Shown here: positions 9,035 through 16,830 of the stretch, in pieces | Position numbering within the stretch: the stretch's first letter is position 1 | Layout of the letters: each line of letters opens with the position of its first letter | From: an uncultured Erysipelotrichaceae bacterium | GTDB taxonomy: Bacteria; Bacillota_I; Bacilli_A; RF39; UBA660 | Assembly: GCA_902801525.1 (NCBI GenBank) | Contig: CADCIN010000005.1 | Span: forward strand, 1,132 to 65,131 | Direction: 5' to 3' | DNA: 64,000 bases | Made by a program: the position numbers and the translations under genes | The notes under the pieces: generated by a model | Databases searched by the model: none | The model's input: only the letters and a program-made list of their open reading frames with translations | Told to the model about the DNA's origin: nothing

Positions 9035-9358
9035 CAAGTGAGAGGATATATTTCTTCTCACTTGTTCTTTGAAAATACATATTCATTTATCAAATACATA
9101 TAATGATACTCCTGTTTAGTCGACAGTCGAGCGTAGAAGTATTAAAGAGTTAATATGAGCCGTCGCAACAATCGAAAATAGTTTTGAGAGATCCTCAAAA
9201 AGGTGGAATTCCTGTGGTACTGATTTAATCAGACGTTTGATAAAATCCCTAGAACATGAGGGTAATTAGAAAAATATCTTGTTCGAAAAAATAGTTATTA
9301 TAAAAAAATATATATAGGGAGTTATATCTTATTATGGATTAACTCCTTTTCTATATAT
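9035..9358 (+). ncRNA. Candidate structured non-coding RNA or leader between the sigma factor and the recombinase operon
   Basis: 368-bp intergenic region without a long ORF. Hairpins at 9035-9064 (9 bp), 9139-9156, 9182-9200 (7 bp), 9220-9232, 9247-9262 and 9310-9358. Family not identified. Confidence 0.45.
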
Positions 9359-9374
9359 TAGGAAGGAATAAAAA

Positions 9375-9584
9375 ATGAAAAAGTATTTAGTAACTGTTGA
9401 GAGAACACAAATAACCAGTATGATGGTTAGCGCAAACAATTCACAAAGTGCTGTGGCTAAAACAAAAATGATAATTACAAATTGTGAAAAAAGTAATGTA
9501 AATCTTGAAAAGATATTTGATAAAGGTTCTATTTTTAAATATAAAGCAGAAGTAATTTCAGATAAAAGTCAAGACTGCAAATAA
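9375..9584 (+). CDS. Small hypothetical protein (weak resemblance to DpnD/PcfM-like proteins)
   Basis: RBS AGGAAGGA; MKKY.V.V.RT....V.A....A pattern. Confidence 0.6.
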   Translation: MKKYLVTVERTQITSMMVSANNSQSAVAKTKMIITNCEKSNVNLEKIFDKGSIFKYKAEVISDKSQDCK

Positions 9585-9714
9585 ATTATTTGTACAATAT
9601 TATTTTAGATAAAAATAATTTATGATGTGTTTGTTATATCAAACAAATAATTTTATTTAATGATTTTGTATTTTTATTTAAATTACTTAATAGAATTATA
9701 CGGGAGGTATAACT

Positions 9715-9816
9715 TTGAGTAATAAAAATAAAATTGAAATTCCAAAAAGTATTCAATTAAAAATGATAGAGTTTTTTTGGAAAACATCAATACCTAGAAT
9801 GTTAAATGAAAAATAA
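9715..9816 (+). CDS. Unannotated 33-aa protein immediately upstream of the recombinase (MSNKNKIEIPKSIQLKMIEFFWKTSIPRMLNEK)
   Basis: Strong RBS GGGAGGT (9702-9708) 6 nt before TTG 9715; stop TAA 9814-9816; below the ORF-track length cutoff. Confidence 0.65.
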   Translation: MSNKNKIEIPKSIQLKMIEFFWKTSIPRMLNEK

Positions 9817-9835
9817 TAATAAAAAAGGAGGAGTT

Positions 9836-11416
9836 ATGAAAAGCCTAAATGTAATAAATGCAGGATTGTATGCACGTGTATCTACACAAAGACAAGTCTT
9901 AGAGGGTTATTCATTAGATGCCCAAAAAGAGAACTTGGCACATTTTGCTACTTCCCAAGGATGGAATGTATATGACTCCTACGCAGATGAAGGTATTAGT
10001 GGAAAGAATGTTAAAGATAGACCTAGTGTAAAAAAATTAATAAATGATATTAAAGCTAGAAAGATAGATGTAGTTGTTTTATATAAATTTGACAGATTAA
10101 CAAGAGATTCAAGAGACACAGAAGATTTTATAGAATTGATCCAAGAATATGGAATAATGGTTTACACACTTTCAGGTGGTATGGTAGATGTATCTACTCC
10201 TAGTGGTAGATTTAATACAAGAATTCTTGGAGCAGCTGCTCAATTTGAAAGAGAAACAACTATAGATAGAGTAGTAGATGGCTTTATTAAAAAAGTGAAA
10301 AATGGTTATTCATTATGTAGTTCAACTCCATCATATGGATATGATAGACCTAAGCATCAAGAAATTCAAACAATTAATAAGAAAGAAGCCGCAGTAGTGA
10401 AAAGAATTTTTTCATTATATATTAAAGGAAAAACTTTTACAGAAATATGTGATATATTAAATTCAGAAAAAATACCAACAAAAAAGAATGGTATGAAAAA
10501 GAAAAAACGTAATAGTAATGAATACTATACAATAAAAACTGTTTGGTTACCTAAAATAATAAGACTTATTTTATCCAATCCAACATATATTGGAAAAGTT
10601 AGATATGGAGTAAATAGAGAGCAAGTAACTATAGAAGAAGCAGCAGATTATAAAAATAGAGGTAAAGGTTTTATAACAAAAGGATTGCATGAGGCAATAA
10701 TTGATGAAAAGACATGGAATAAAGCACAAAATAAATTGGCTAAAATTAAAAAAAGTTATAAAACCAATTTACCAAAATCTGATGTTTATTATTGTGGAAC
10801 TTTAGTATGTGGGATATGTGGACATCCACTTACAACAAATAGAACTAACAAAAAAAGAAAAGATGGAACTACCTTAGTACATAATGGATATAGATGTGTA
10901 AATAGAGAAAAGAAACTATGTCCAGCTTTAGGTATTAGTCACAAAAAAGTAGAAACAGCGTTTTTAGGATATATGGAAAAACTAGAAGATTTAAAAGATA
11001 TAGAAAAATATAAACCAAATCAAGAAGATGAAAATGAATTAGAATTAACTTCACTAAAAAATAGAAAAAACCAAAGATTAAATAAAAAGAAAGAAATAAT
11101 GAATTTATTTATGGAAGATAAAATTGAATATGAAGAATATACAATAATGAAAGAAAAAATAGAGAAAGAGTATGAAGATATTTCCAATGAGATAAAAAAA
11201 ATAGAAAAAATGAGAGAAGGTATAAAGAAAAAACCAACAGTTTCTAATATAACAAAAAGTATAAGAGATCATTGGGATTATTTATCAAACGATGAGAAAT
11301 ATCAATTTCTAACAGAGTTTGTTAAAAAAATTGTAATAGTAAATAAAAGTAAAGATAAAATTAATGGTATTCCAGAAATTATTGATGTAGAATTTTATTC
11401 AGAAGAGACATTTTAA
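9836..11416 (+). CDS. Large serine recombinase (resolvase + recombinase + zinc-ribbon/coiled-coil)
   Basis: YARVSTQRQ catalytic Ser, Y.DEGISG...DRP, KFDRLTR, PSYGY, NPTYIG, LVCGICG...YRC...C zinc ribbon; RBS AAGGAGGAG before ATG 9836. Confidence 0.97.
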   Translation: MKSLNVINAGLYARVSTQRQVLEGYSLDAQKENLAHFATSQGWNVYDSYADEGISGKNVKDRPSVKKLINDIKARKIDVVVLYKFDRLTRDSRDTEDFIELIQEYGIMVYTLSGGMVDVSTPSGRFNTRILGAAAQFERETTIDRVVDGFIKKVKNGYSLCSSTPSYGYDRPKHQEIQTINKKEAAVVKRIFSLYIKGKTFTEICDILNSEKIPTKKNGMKKKKRNSNEYYTIKTVWLPKIIRLILSNPTYIGKVRYGVNREQVTIEEAADYKNRGKGFITKGLHEAIIDEKTWNKAQNKLAKIKKSYKTNLPKSDVYYCGTLVCGICGHPLTTNRTNKKRKDGTTLVHNGYRCVNREKKLCPALGISHKKVETAFLGYMEKLEDLKDIEKYKPNQEDENELELTSLKNRKNQRLNKKKEIMNLFMEDKIEYEEYTIMKEKIEKEYEDISNEIKKIEKMREGIKKKPTVSNITKSIRDHWDYLSNDEKYQFLTEFVKKIVIVNKSKDKINGIPEIIDVEFYSEETF

Positions 11417-11430
11417 AAATGTAAAAAAAG

Positions 11431-11496
11431 AAAAATAGTCACACATAAGACTTTATGGCCTAGGCTAGGAAATCATTCGATAAGCCTATTTTAAAA
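11431..11496. repeat. Internal degenerate attP-like copy
   Basis: 11431-11461 matches 11501-11531 at 29/31 nt. Its right arm (ggctaggaaa..ataagc..ttttaaaa) resembles the element's left end (gactagaaaa..ataagc..ttttaaaa). Confidence 0.75.
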
Positions 11497-11500
11497 GGGT

Positions 11501-11545
11501 AAAAATAGTCACACATAAAACTTTATGACCTCACCAATATCATGA
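11501..11545. other. attR junction (element P arm, TC core, host B' arm)
   Basis: aaaaatagtcacacataaaactttatgacc-TC-accaatatcatg; ATPase homology resumes exactly at TC. Confidence 0.85.
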
Positions 11546-12105
11546 GTAACCATAATAACTGTTTTTTTCTCATTTTTTATAATTTCATATATATCATTAC
11601 CAATTTCAAGTCTTGTTTGATAATCAAGTGCAGAAAGTGGTTCATCTAGCAATAAAATATCAGGATTAACAGCAAGTGTTCTAATTAGTGCGACTCTTTG
11701 TCTCATCCCACCAGATAGACTATTTGGGTAACTAGTTATGAAATTTTCAAGACCGTATTTCTTCAATAAACTTATTACCAATTGTTTATTTTCTACATTT
11801 AAATTATTATTTAACTCTATTCCTAATAAACAATTGTCTAAAATAGTTCTCCAGGGAAAAAGCGAATCTTTTTGTAACATATATGAAATTTTAATATTTT
11901 CATTTATATTAATTGTGCCATCTGACTTATCAATTAAATTAGATAAAATAGATAATATAGTTGATTTTCCACAACCACTTGGACCAACAATAGAAATAAA
12001 TTCACCATTATAAACATCAAAAGATATATTATTTAATGCCATTATTTCTTCCTTATCAGTATGATAAAGTTTTTTTATATCTTTCAAAGAAATAATTTTA
12101 TCCAT
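11531..12105 (-). pseudogene. 5' fragment of the NitT/TauT-family ABC ATPase (interrupted at codon 192)
   Basis: Walker A GPSGCGKS, signature LSGGMRQR, Walker B LLLDE, H-loop VTHD. Reads 6 codons into the element (VIKFYV*, stop at 11509). Confidence 0.92.
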
Positions 12106-12183
12106 AATTAACCTCCAGATATAATATTTTATGAAATAAACATAATTTAGTAATGACTATAAACTAAAAAAGAGAAAATAAGT

Positions 12184-13170
12184 TTATTTCTCTTTAAAAA
12201 ATAATTTATTATAAGAAACTTTATCTTTAATAATACCATAATCAATCATAATATCCTGAAGATGATCAAATGAGTTTTTACTAAAATTAGTGTTTTTTGG
12301 CCAAGCATCAATTTTTTTATATCTTTTAATAGAGTTTGCTAGATCATTTAAAGAAGTATTAGGAAACTGTTTTAAAATAGTGGAAGCTATTTCTTTTTCA
12401 GTATGATTATTAACATAATCCAAACCCATTTGAATAGATTCATTAAACCTTCGAATTAAATCTTTATGTTTATCTAAGTAATTTGATTTAGCAGAGTACG
12501 AAGTATAAGGAACGTTACCAGCAAGTTTTCCAATACTTTCAACAACATAACCATAGCCATTTTTTTCAATTTCAGAAGCATTAGGTTCAAATAAAGAAAC
12601 AAAATCTCCATTTCCACCTATAAAAGAACTACTCATAGATGAAAATTCAATTGAAGTATCAATAGTTAAATCATTTTTAGGATTAATTTTTTTACTTTTT
12701 AGTGCATATTCTAAGGTCATTTCAGGCATTCCACCTGATCTTCCACCAATTATTTTTTTACCTTTTAACTTTTTAAGACTAAAATTTTTAATTTTTTTTC
12801 TAGAAACAATAAAAGATCCATCTTTTTGAGTTAGTTGAGAAAAAGTTTTTAAATAATTTCTTTCACCTGCGTTATAAATATATATAGTTGCTTCACTTCC
12901 ACAAAGACCAACATTGGCATCACCAGATAAAACAGCAGCAGAAACTTTATCAGCACCAGGCGTTAATAAAAGTTCTATATCAATATTATTATTTTTAAAA
13001 TAACCTTTCTCTATAGCAACATATTGAGGAGCATAAAAAACTGTATGTGCAACTTCTGCTAATTTAATATGTTCAAGTTTAGAGTTTTTTTGTGCCTTGC
13101 CAAAAACAAAACTAAATATTAAAGATAAAATAATAATTAATAATAACAAAAATAAAATGTTTTTTTTCAT
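12184..13170 (-). CDS. NMT1/THI5-like ABC transporter substrate-binding protein (YtlA-like)
   Basis: AEVAHTVFYAPQYVAIEKGYF, GRSGGMPEMTLEY; first gene of an SBP-ATPase-permease operon. Confidence 0.88.
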   Translation of the reverse strand: MKKNILFLLLLIIILSLIFSFVFGKAQKNSKLEHIKLAEVAHTVFYAPQYVAIEKGYFKNNNIDIELLLTPGADKVSAAVLSGDANVGLCGSEATIYIYNAGERNYLKTFSQLTQKDGSFIVSRKKIKNFSLKKLKGKKIIGGRSGGMPEMTLEYALKSKKINPKNDLTIDTSIEFSSMSSSFIGGNGDFVSLFEPNASEIEKNGYGYVVESIGKLAGNVPYTSYSAKSNYLDKHKDLIRRFNESIQMGLDYVNNHTEKEIASTILKQFPNTSLNDLANSIKRYKKIDAWPKNTNFSKNSFDHLQDIMIDYGIIKDKVSYNKLFFKEK

Positions 13171-13188
13171 AAATCTCCTTTCACTAAA

Positions 13189-13216
13189 TTATTATATGAA
13201 AGATCAAAAAAAAGGT
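13189..13216 (-). promoter_or_regulatory. Sigma-K/sigma-E-like (mother-cell) promoter for the ABC operon
   Basis: Minus strand AC-N16-CATATAATA, matching the B. subtilis sigma-K pattern AC-N16/17-CATANNNTA, just upstream of RBS GAAAGGAG. Confidence 0.5.
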
Positions 13217-13287
13217 TATATTTGACATATTTTTCTTGAAAAAAAGCGAAAAATGTATATAATAATACACTGTACATAAGAAAACAC

Positions 13288-13316
13288 TTGCATTTTCATA
13301 AATCTTGTGTTATAAT
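13288..13316 (+). promoter_or_regulatory. Sigma-A promoter of the adhesin-sortase locus
   Basis: TTGCAT-17-TATAAT with extended TG. Confidence 0.7.
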
Positions 13317-13335
13317 ATGACCACATTGAGGGGGA

Positions 13336-15159
13336 ATGGATATGAAAAATAAATTTTCAAAAATAATGAAATTATTCGCAATGATAATAATTTCGGTTAC
13401 AGGCTTAATGAGTACTGTAACAAATGTTAGTGCAGTACCAAGCACTATAACAGTTGGTGGAACAGAAGCAATACCAAAATTAATTGGTGGAACATATTTT
13501 GCATCAATGAGAACTACAGATGGTGGATATGCATACTGTCTAGATATCAATAAAACTACAGTATCGAATCAAACATTAAGTTTAGTTGGTGAAATGGATG
13601 CTGGAATGGCATACATCTTACAAAATGGTTATCCTTCAAAAGGAATAACTGGTAATAGAACATACGATATTTATATTACACAAACAGCAGTTTGGTGGTA
13701 TTTAGATAATACTACTGGATCATCAAATCTTGGATCAGGATTTAAATCTACAGCATCAGATCCATATGGATTAAGACAACATGTTGTAAATTTAGTAAAT
13801 GGTGCAATGAATGCAAGAAATAAAGGATATGCAAAAACATCAATTGCTATTACAAATGGAAATCAACAAATGAAATTAACTGCTGATAAAAACTACTATG
13901 AAACATCACCTATGGGTGTAACAGGTTCTAACTTTGGAACATATAAAGTAACAATCTCAGGAGCCCCAGCAGGATCAGGAATTGCAAATACATCAAATCA
14001 ACCAAAAGATGTTTATGCTCCAAATGAACAATTTAAAATATTAGTACCTGCATCAAGTGTTAAATCAACATCAGTAAATATAACAGTAAATGTTACTGCA
14101 ACAGGAACAACATATAGAGCTTATCAATATAAGCCAAACTCATCAACATATCAAAATGTTGTATCATCAGTATTACAACCAGTTACAGAAACTGTTAATG
14201 CTAATACTACAGTTAATATTCAAACATCAAAACTTGAAATTATTAAGATTGATTCAGAAACAGGTAAGGTTTTAGCAGGAGCTAAATTAGTACTTAAGAA
14301 TTCAGCTGGAACAACAGTTGCAGCTTGGACAACAACAACATCGAAATATACAATTGATAATTTAGCAGATGGAACATATAAGTTATATGAAGTAACTGCA
14401 CCAACCGGTTATGTAAAAATGACAGATCCAATGACAGTTACAATTACACCATCACATAGACAACAATTAATTCAAGTTAAAAATACAGTTAAAAAAGGTC
14501 AAATAAGTATTCTAAAAGTTGATAAAGAAACTAAAAAATCAATTGCAGGAGCTGAACTTGTATTAAAAGATTCTAATGGAAAAGTAGTAGATAAATGGAT
14601 ATCTAAATTAACAGCACATGTTGTTAAAGACTTACCAAATGGAACATATACAATTGAAGAAATTTCTGCACCAAAAGGATACAAAAAATCAGAAAAAGTT
14701 ACAAAAGTTGTCATTAGTGATACTGCAAAATCAGTAGCATTAAATTATGAAAATGAAGCAAAAACAACAGTTGTAAATATTACAAAAATTGATTCAAAAA
14801 CTAAACAAGTTTTACCAGGTGCAGTTTTAGTAGTAAAAGATAAAACTGGAAAAATAATTGCTAAATGGACTACAACTGATACACCACATGTATTATTAGA
14901 TCTTGAAAATGGTACATATACAATCGAAGAAATTTCTGCACCAGATGGTTATGAAAAGAGTAATGAAGTTAAGAAATTTACAATTGATGATGAAAATCAA
15001 TCATTACAAATTACTTTTGAAAATAAACCAAAAGAAGGACAAATAGTTCTTGTACCAGATACTTCTTCATTTGCATCAATTCTATCTTATGTTTTAGGTA
15101 TTGGATTTGTTGTAGCAGCTGCAGGATTTGTATACAAGAATGGTAAAAAAGCAAAATAA
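13336..15159 (+). CDS. Thioester-domain (TED) surface adhesin with three SpaA/Cna-B-like repeats and a VPDTS sorting signal
   Basis: Signal peptide; AYCLD and TQTAVW thioester Cys/Gln motifs; 3x [I.K.D...L.GA.LV.K...W.T...L..GTY...E..AP.GY]; VPDTS-TM-KNGKKAK. Confidence 0.85.
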   Translation: MDMKNKFSKIMKLFAMIIISVTGLMSTVTNVSAVPSTITVGGTEAIPKLIGGTYFASMRTTDGGYAYCLDINKTTVSNQTLSLVGEMDAGMAYILQNGYPSKGITGNRTYDIYITQTAVWWYLDNTTGSSNLGSGFKSTASDPYGLRQHVVNLVNGAMNARNKGYAKTSIAITNGNQQMKLTADKNYYETSPMGVTGSNFGTYKVTISGAPAGSGIANTSNQPKDVYAPNEQFKILVPASSVKSTSVNITVNVTATGTTYRAYQYKPNSSTYQNVVSSVLQPVTETVNANTTVNIQTSKLEIIKIDSETGKVLAGAKLVLKNSAGTTVAAWTTTTSKYTIDNLADGTYKLYEVTAPTGYVKMTDPMTVTITPSHRQQLIQVKNTVKKGQISILKVDKETKKSIAGAELVLKDSNGKVVDKWISKLTAHVVKDLPNGTYTIEEISAPKGYKKSEKVTKVVISDTAKSVALNYENEAKTTVVNITKIDSKTKQVLPGAVLVVKDKTGKIIAKWTTTDTPHVLLDLENGTYTIEEISAPDGYEKSNEVKKFTIDDENQSLQITFENKPKEGQIVLVPDTSSFASILSYVLGIGFVVAAAGFVYKNGKKAK

Positions 15160-15811
15160 TGAAAATAAAAGAATCTCTCCTAATGCGATAGCAATAATTG
15201 GATCAATCCTAGCATTAATAGGAGGATTCTTTCTTTCATATAATTATGTTCAACAAAAGAAAGTATATGCTTATGATTATATGGCAAATGTTTTCTATAA
15301 TGATGAACATTCAAATGATAATACACAAGATGTAATAGAACAAACTGAAAAAACAGAAGAGAATAACGAAGCGGTTGAAGAAGAAAAAAAGAATAAAGTA
15401 TATAATTATATTGGTTATGTAGAAATTCCAAAAATTAATGTTAATAAAGGATTTGTAGATGTTAATTCAGAAGATAATAATGTAGATAGAAATGTTTATG
15501 TAGTATCAGGATCAACTTATCCAAATGTAGAAAATGGTAATTTTATCTTAGCTGCTCATTCTGGAACAGGATGGAATGCATTTTTTAATAACTTATATAA
15601 AGTAACAACGGGAGATACAGTTAATGTTAAGTATAATAATCAAAAATATACTTATAAAATAACTAATATTTATAATCAAGAAAAAACAGGTAAAGTTGCA
15701 ATTTACAGAGATCACAGCAAATCAACATTAACATTAATAACTTGTACAAATAACAATAATCATAGTCAAACTGTTTATATAGCAGAGCTAGTTAATAAAG
15801 AAAATATATAA
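15128..15811 (+). CDS. Sortase
   Basis: N-terminal TM, EIPKIN, NFILAAH (His), TLTLITC (Cys); directly after its likely substrate. Start may be ATG 15140. Confidence 0.9.
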   Translation: MYTRMVKKQNNENKRISPNAIAIIGSILALIGGFFLSYNYVQQKKVYAYDYMANVFYNDEHSNDNTQDVIEQTEKTEENNEAVEEEKKNKVYNYIGYVEIPKINVNKGFVDVNSEDNNVDRNVYVVSGSTYPNVENGNFILAAHSGTGWNAFFNNLYKVTTGDTVNVKYNNQKYTYKITNIYNQEKTGKVAIYRDHSKSTLTLITCTNNNNHSQTVYIAELVNKENI

Positions 15812-15840
15812 AAAGAATAAAAAAGAATAAAAAAGAATAA
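15811..15840. repeat. 10-bp tandem repeat AAAAGAATAA x3
   Basis: Perfect copies at 15811, 15821 and 15831 between the sortase stop and the next RBS. Confidence 0.8.
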
Positions 15841-15864
15841 AATCAAAAAAATTAAGGGGGTGTT

Positions 15865-16794
15865 ATGATGAATGAATTATCATTTATCGATAAAATTCAA
15901 ATACTAGGCCAAGTTATGTCGTCATCAGTACTATTTATCTTTGCGATAATATTATTCATCATACTAGCTTATTTGTTTACTACAACTAATAAGAAAAACT
16001 ATAAAACTAGTAGAATAATATATATATTGATGTATATTGCAATAATAGCATTTATAGCAATCACATATAATGATTCACTTGGAAAGATGTTTGATTATAT
16101 GATGAATAACCTTTTTATAGTAGTATACTTTCCAAATCTAGCAATATATTTAGCTGCGATTATCGCAACAAATATAATAATGTGGAAGAGTGTATTTAAC
16201 TTTAATGAAAGTAAAGCAATTAGAACATTAAATATTACAATATTTTGTATAATGAATTATATAATGATATTAGTTGTAAATGTAATTACTGATAAGAAAT
16301 TAGATGTATTTACTCAAACATCAGTATATAGTAATAAGCAAGCACTTGCCTTAATAGAATTATCAAGTACGATATTCGTAGTTTGGATTTTATTCTTAAT
16401 ATTATATAAAATAATCATAAATAAAATAAATAAAGATAACAAAGAAGTTAAAGTTGAAAAAGAAATTAAAGTAGTAGAAAAAGTAGTAGAGAAAGTAGTA
16501 GAGAAAGTGGTTGAAAAAGAAGTAGTAAAACAAAATCCAGTTCTTGAAAACATTGAAAATGTAACATATCCAAAAACTATTGTCTCTAATAACGTTTCAA
16601 AACCAAAACAAAAACAAGATGATTTAGCTACTGAATATGATAAGTTATTAACAGTTAATGATTATAAATTATTAATTAACATATTGCAAGAAGAAAAGAA
16701 TAAGAAGAAAAAACAAGAAGAAGAGAATAAACGTATAGTACAAAGTCAAGAATCTAAATTCCAAGAACTAATGGCTTTATACTCTGTTAAATAA
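15865..16794 (+). CDS. Hypothetical multi-pass membrane protein with a VVEK repeat and coiled-coil tail
   Basis: About five hydrophobic segments; 12-bp repeat x4 at 16471-16518. Confidence 0.75.
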   Translation: MMNELSFIDKIQILGQVMSSSVLFIFAIILFIILAYLFTTTNKKNYKTSRIIYILMYIAIIAFIAITYNDSLGKMFDYMMNNLFIVVYFPNLAIYLAAIIATNIIMWKSVFNFNESKAIRTLNITIFCIMNYIMILVVNVITDKKLDVFTQTSVYSNKQALALIELSSTIFVVWILFLILYKIIINKINKDNKEVKVEKEIKVVEKVVEKVVEKVVEKEVVKQNPVLENIENVTYPKTIVSNNVSKPKQKQDDLATEYDKLLTVNDYKLLINILQEEKNKKKKQEEENKRIVQSQESKFQELMALYSVK

Positions 16795-16830
16795 AAAAGA
16801 ACTCAAGAATTTAATCTTGAGTTCTTTTTA
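16794..16830. terminator. Bidirectional terminator (copy 1 of a 24-bp palindrome)
   Basis: AAAAAAGAACTCAAGA-atttaa-TCTTGAGTTCTTTTT between convergent genes. Confidence 0.85.

Larger units (their letters stand above)
5032..11532 (+). mobile_element. 6,501-bp integrative element with a large serine recombinase, inserted in the ABC ATPase gene
   Basis: Junctions ctaattgct-TC-gactag (TC at 5030-5031) and ctttatgacc-TC-accaatatc (TC at 11531-11532). Joining them restores a 246-aa ATPase ORF. The LSR gene abuts the right end. Confidence 0.92.

Noticed and set aside
11431-11532. Two 31-bp repeats with a 39-bp spacer, superficially a minimal CRISPR array
   Set aside because: Only two units, no cas genes or leader, and the repeat is the attR arm abutting the recombination core.
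5032-11532. Prophage or complete ICE interpretation of the element
   Set aside because: No structural, lysis, replication, relaxase, VirB4 or coupling-protein genes lie between the att sites.
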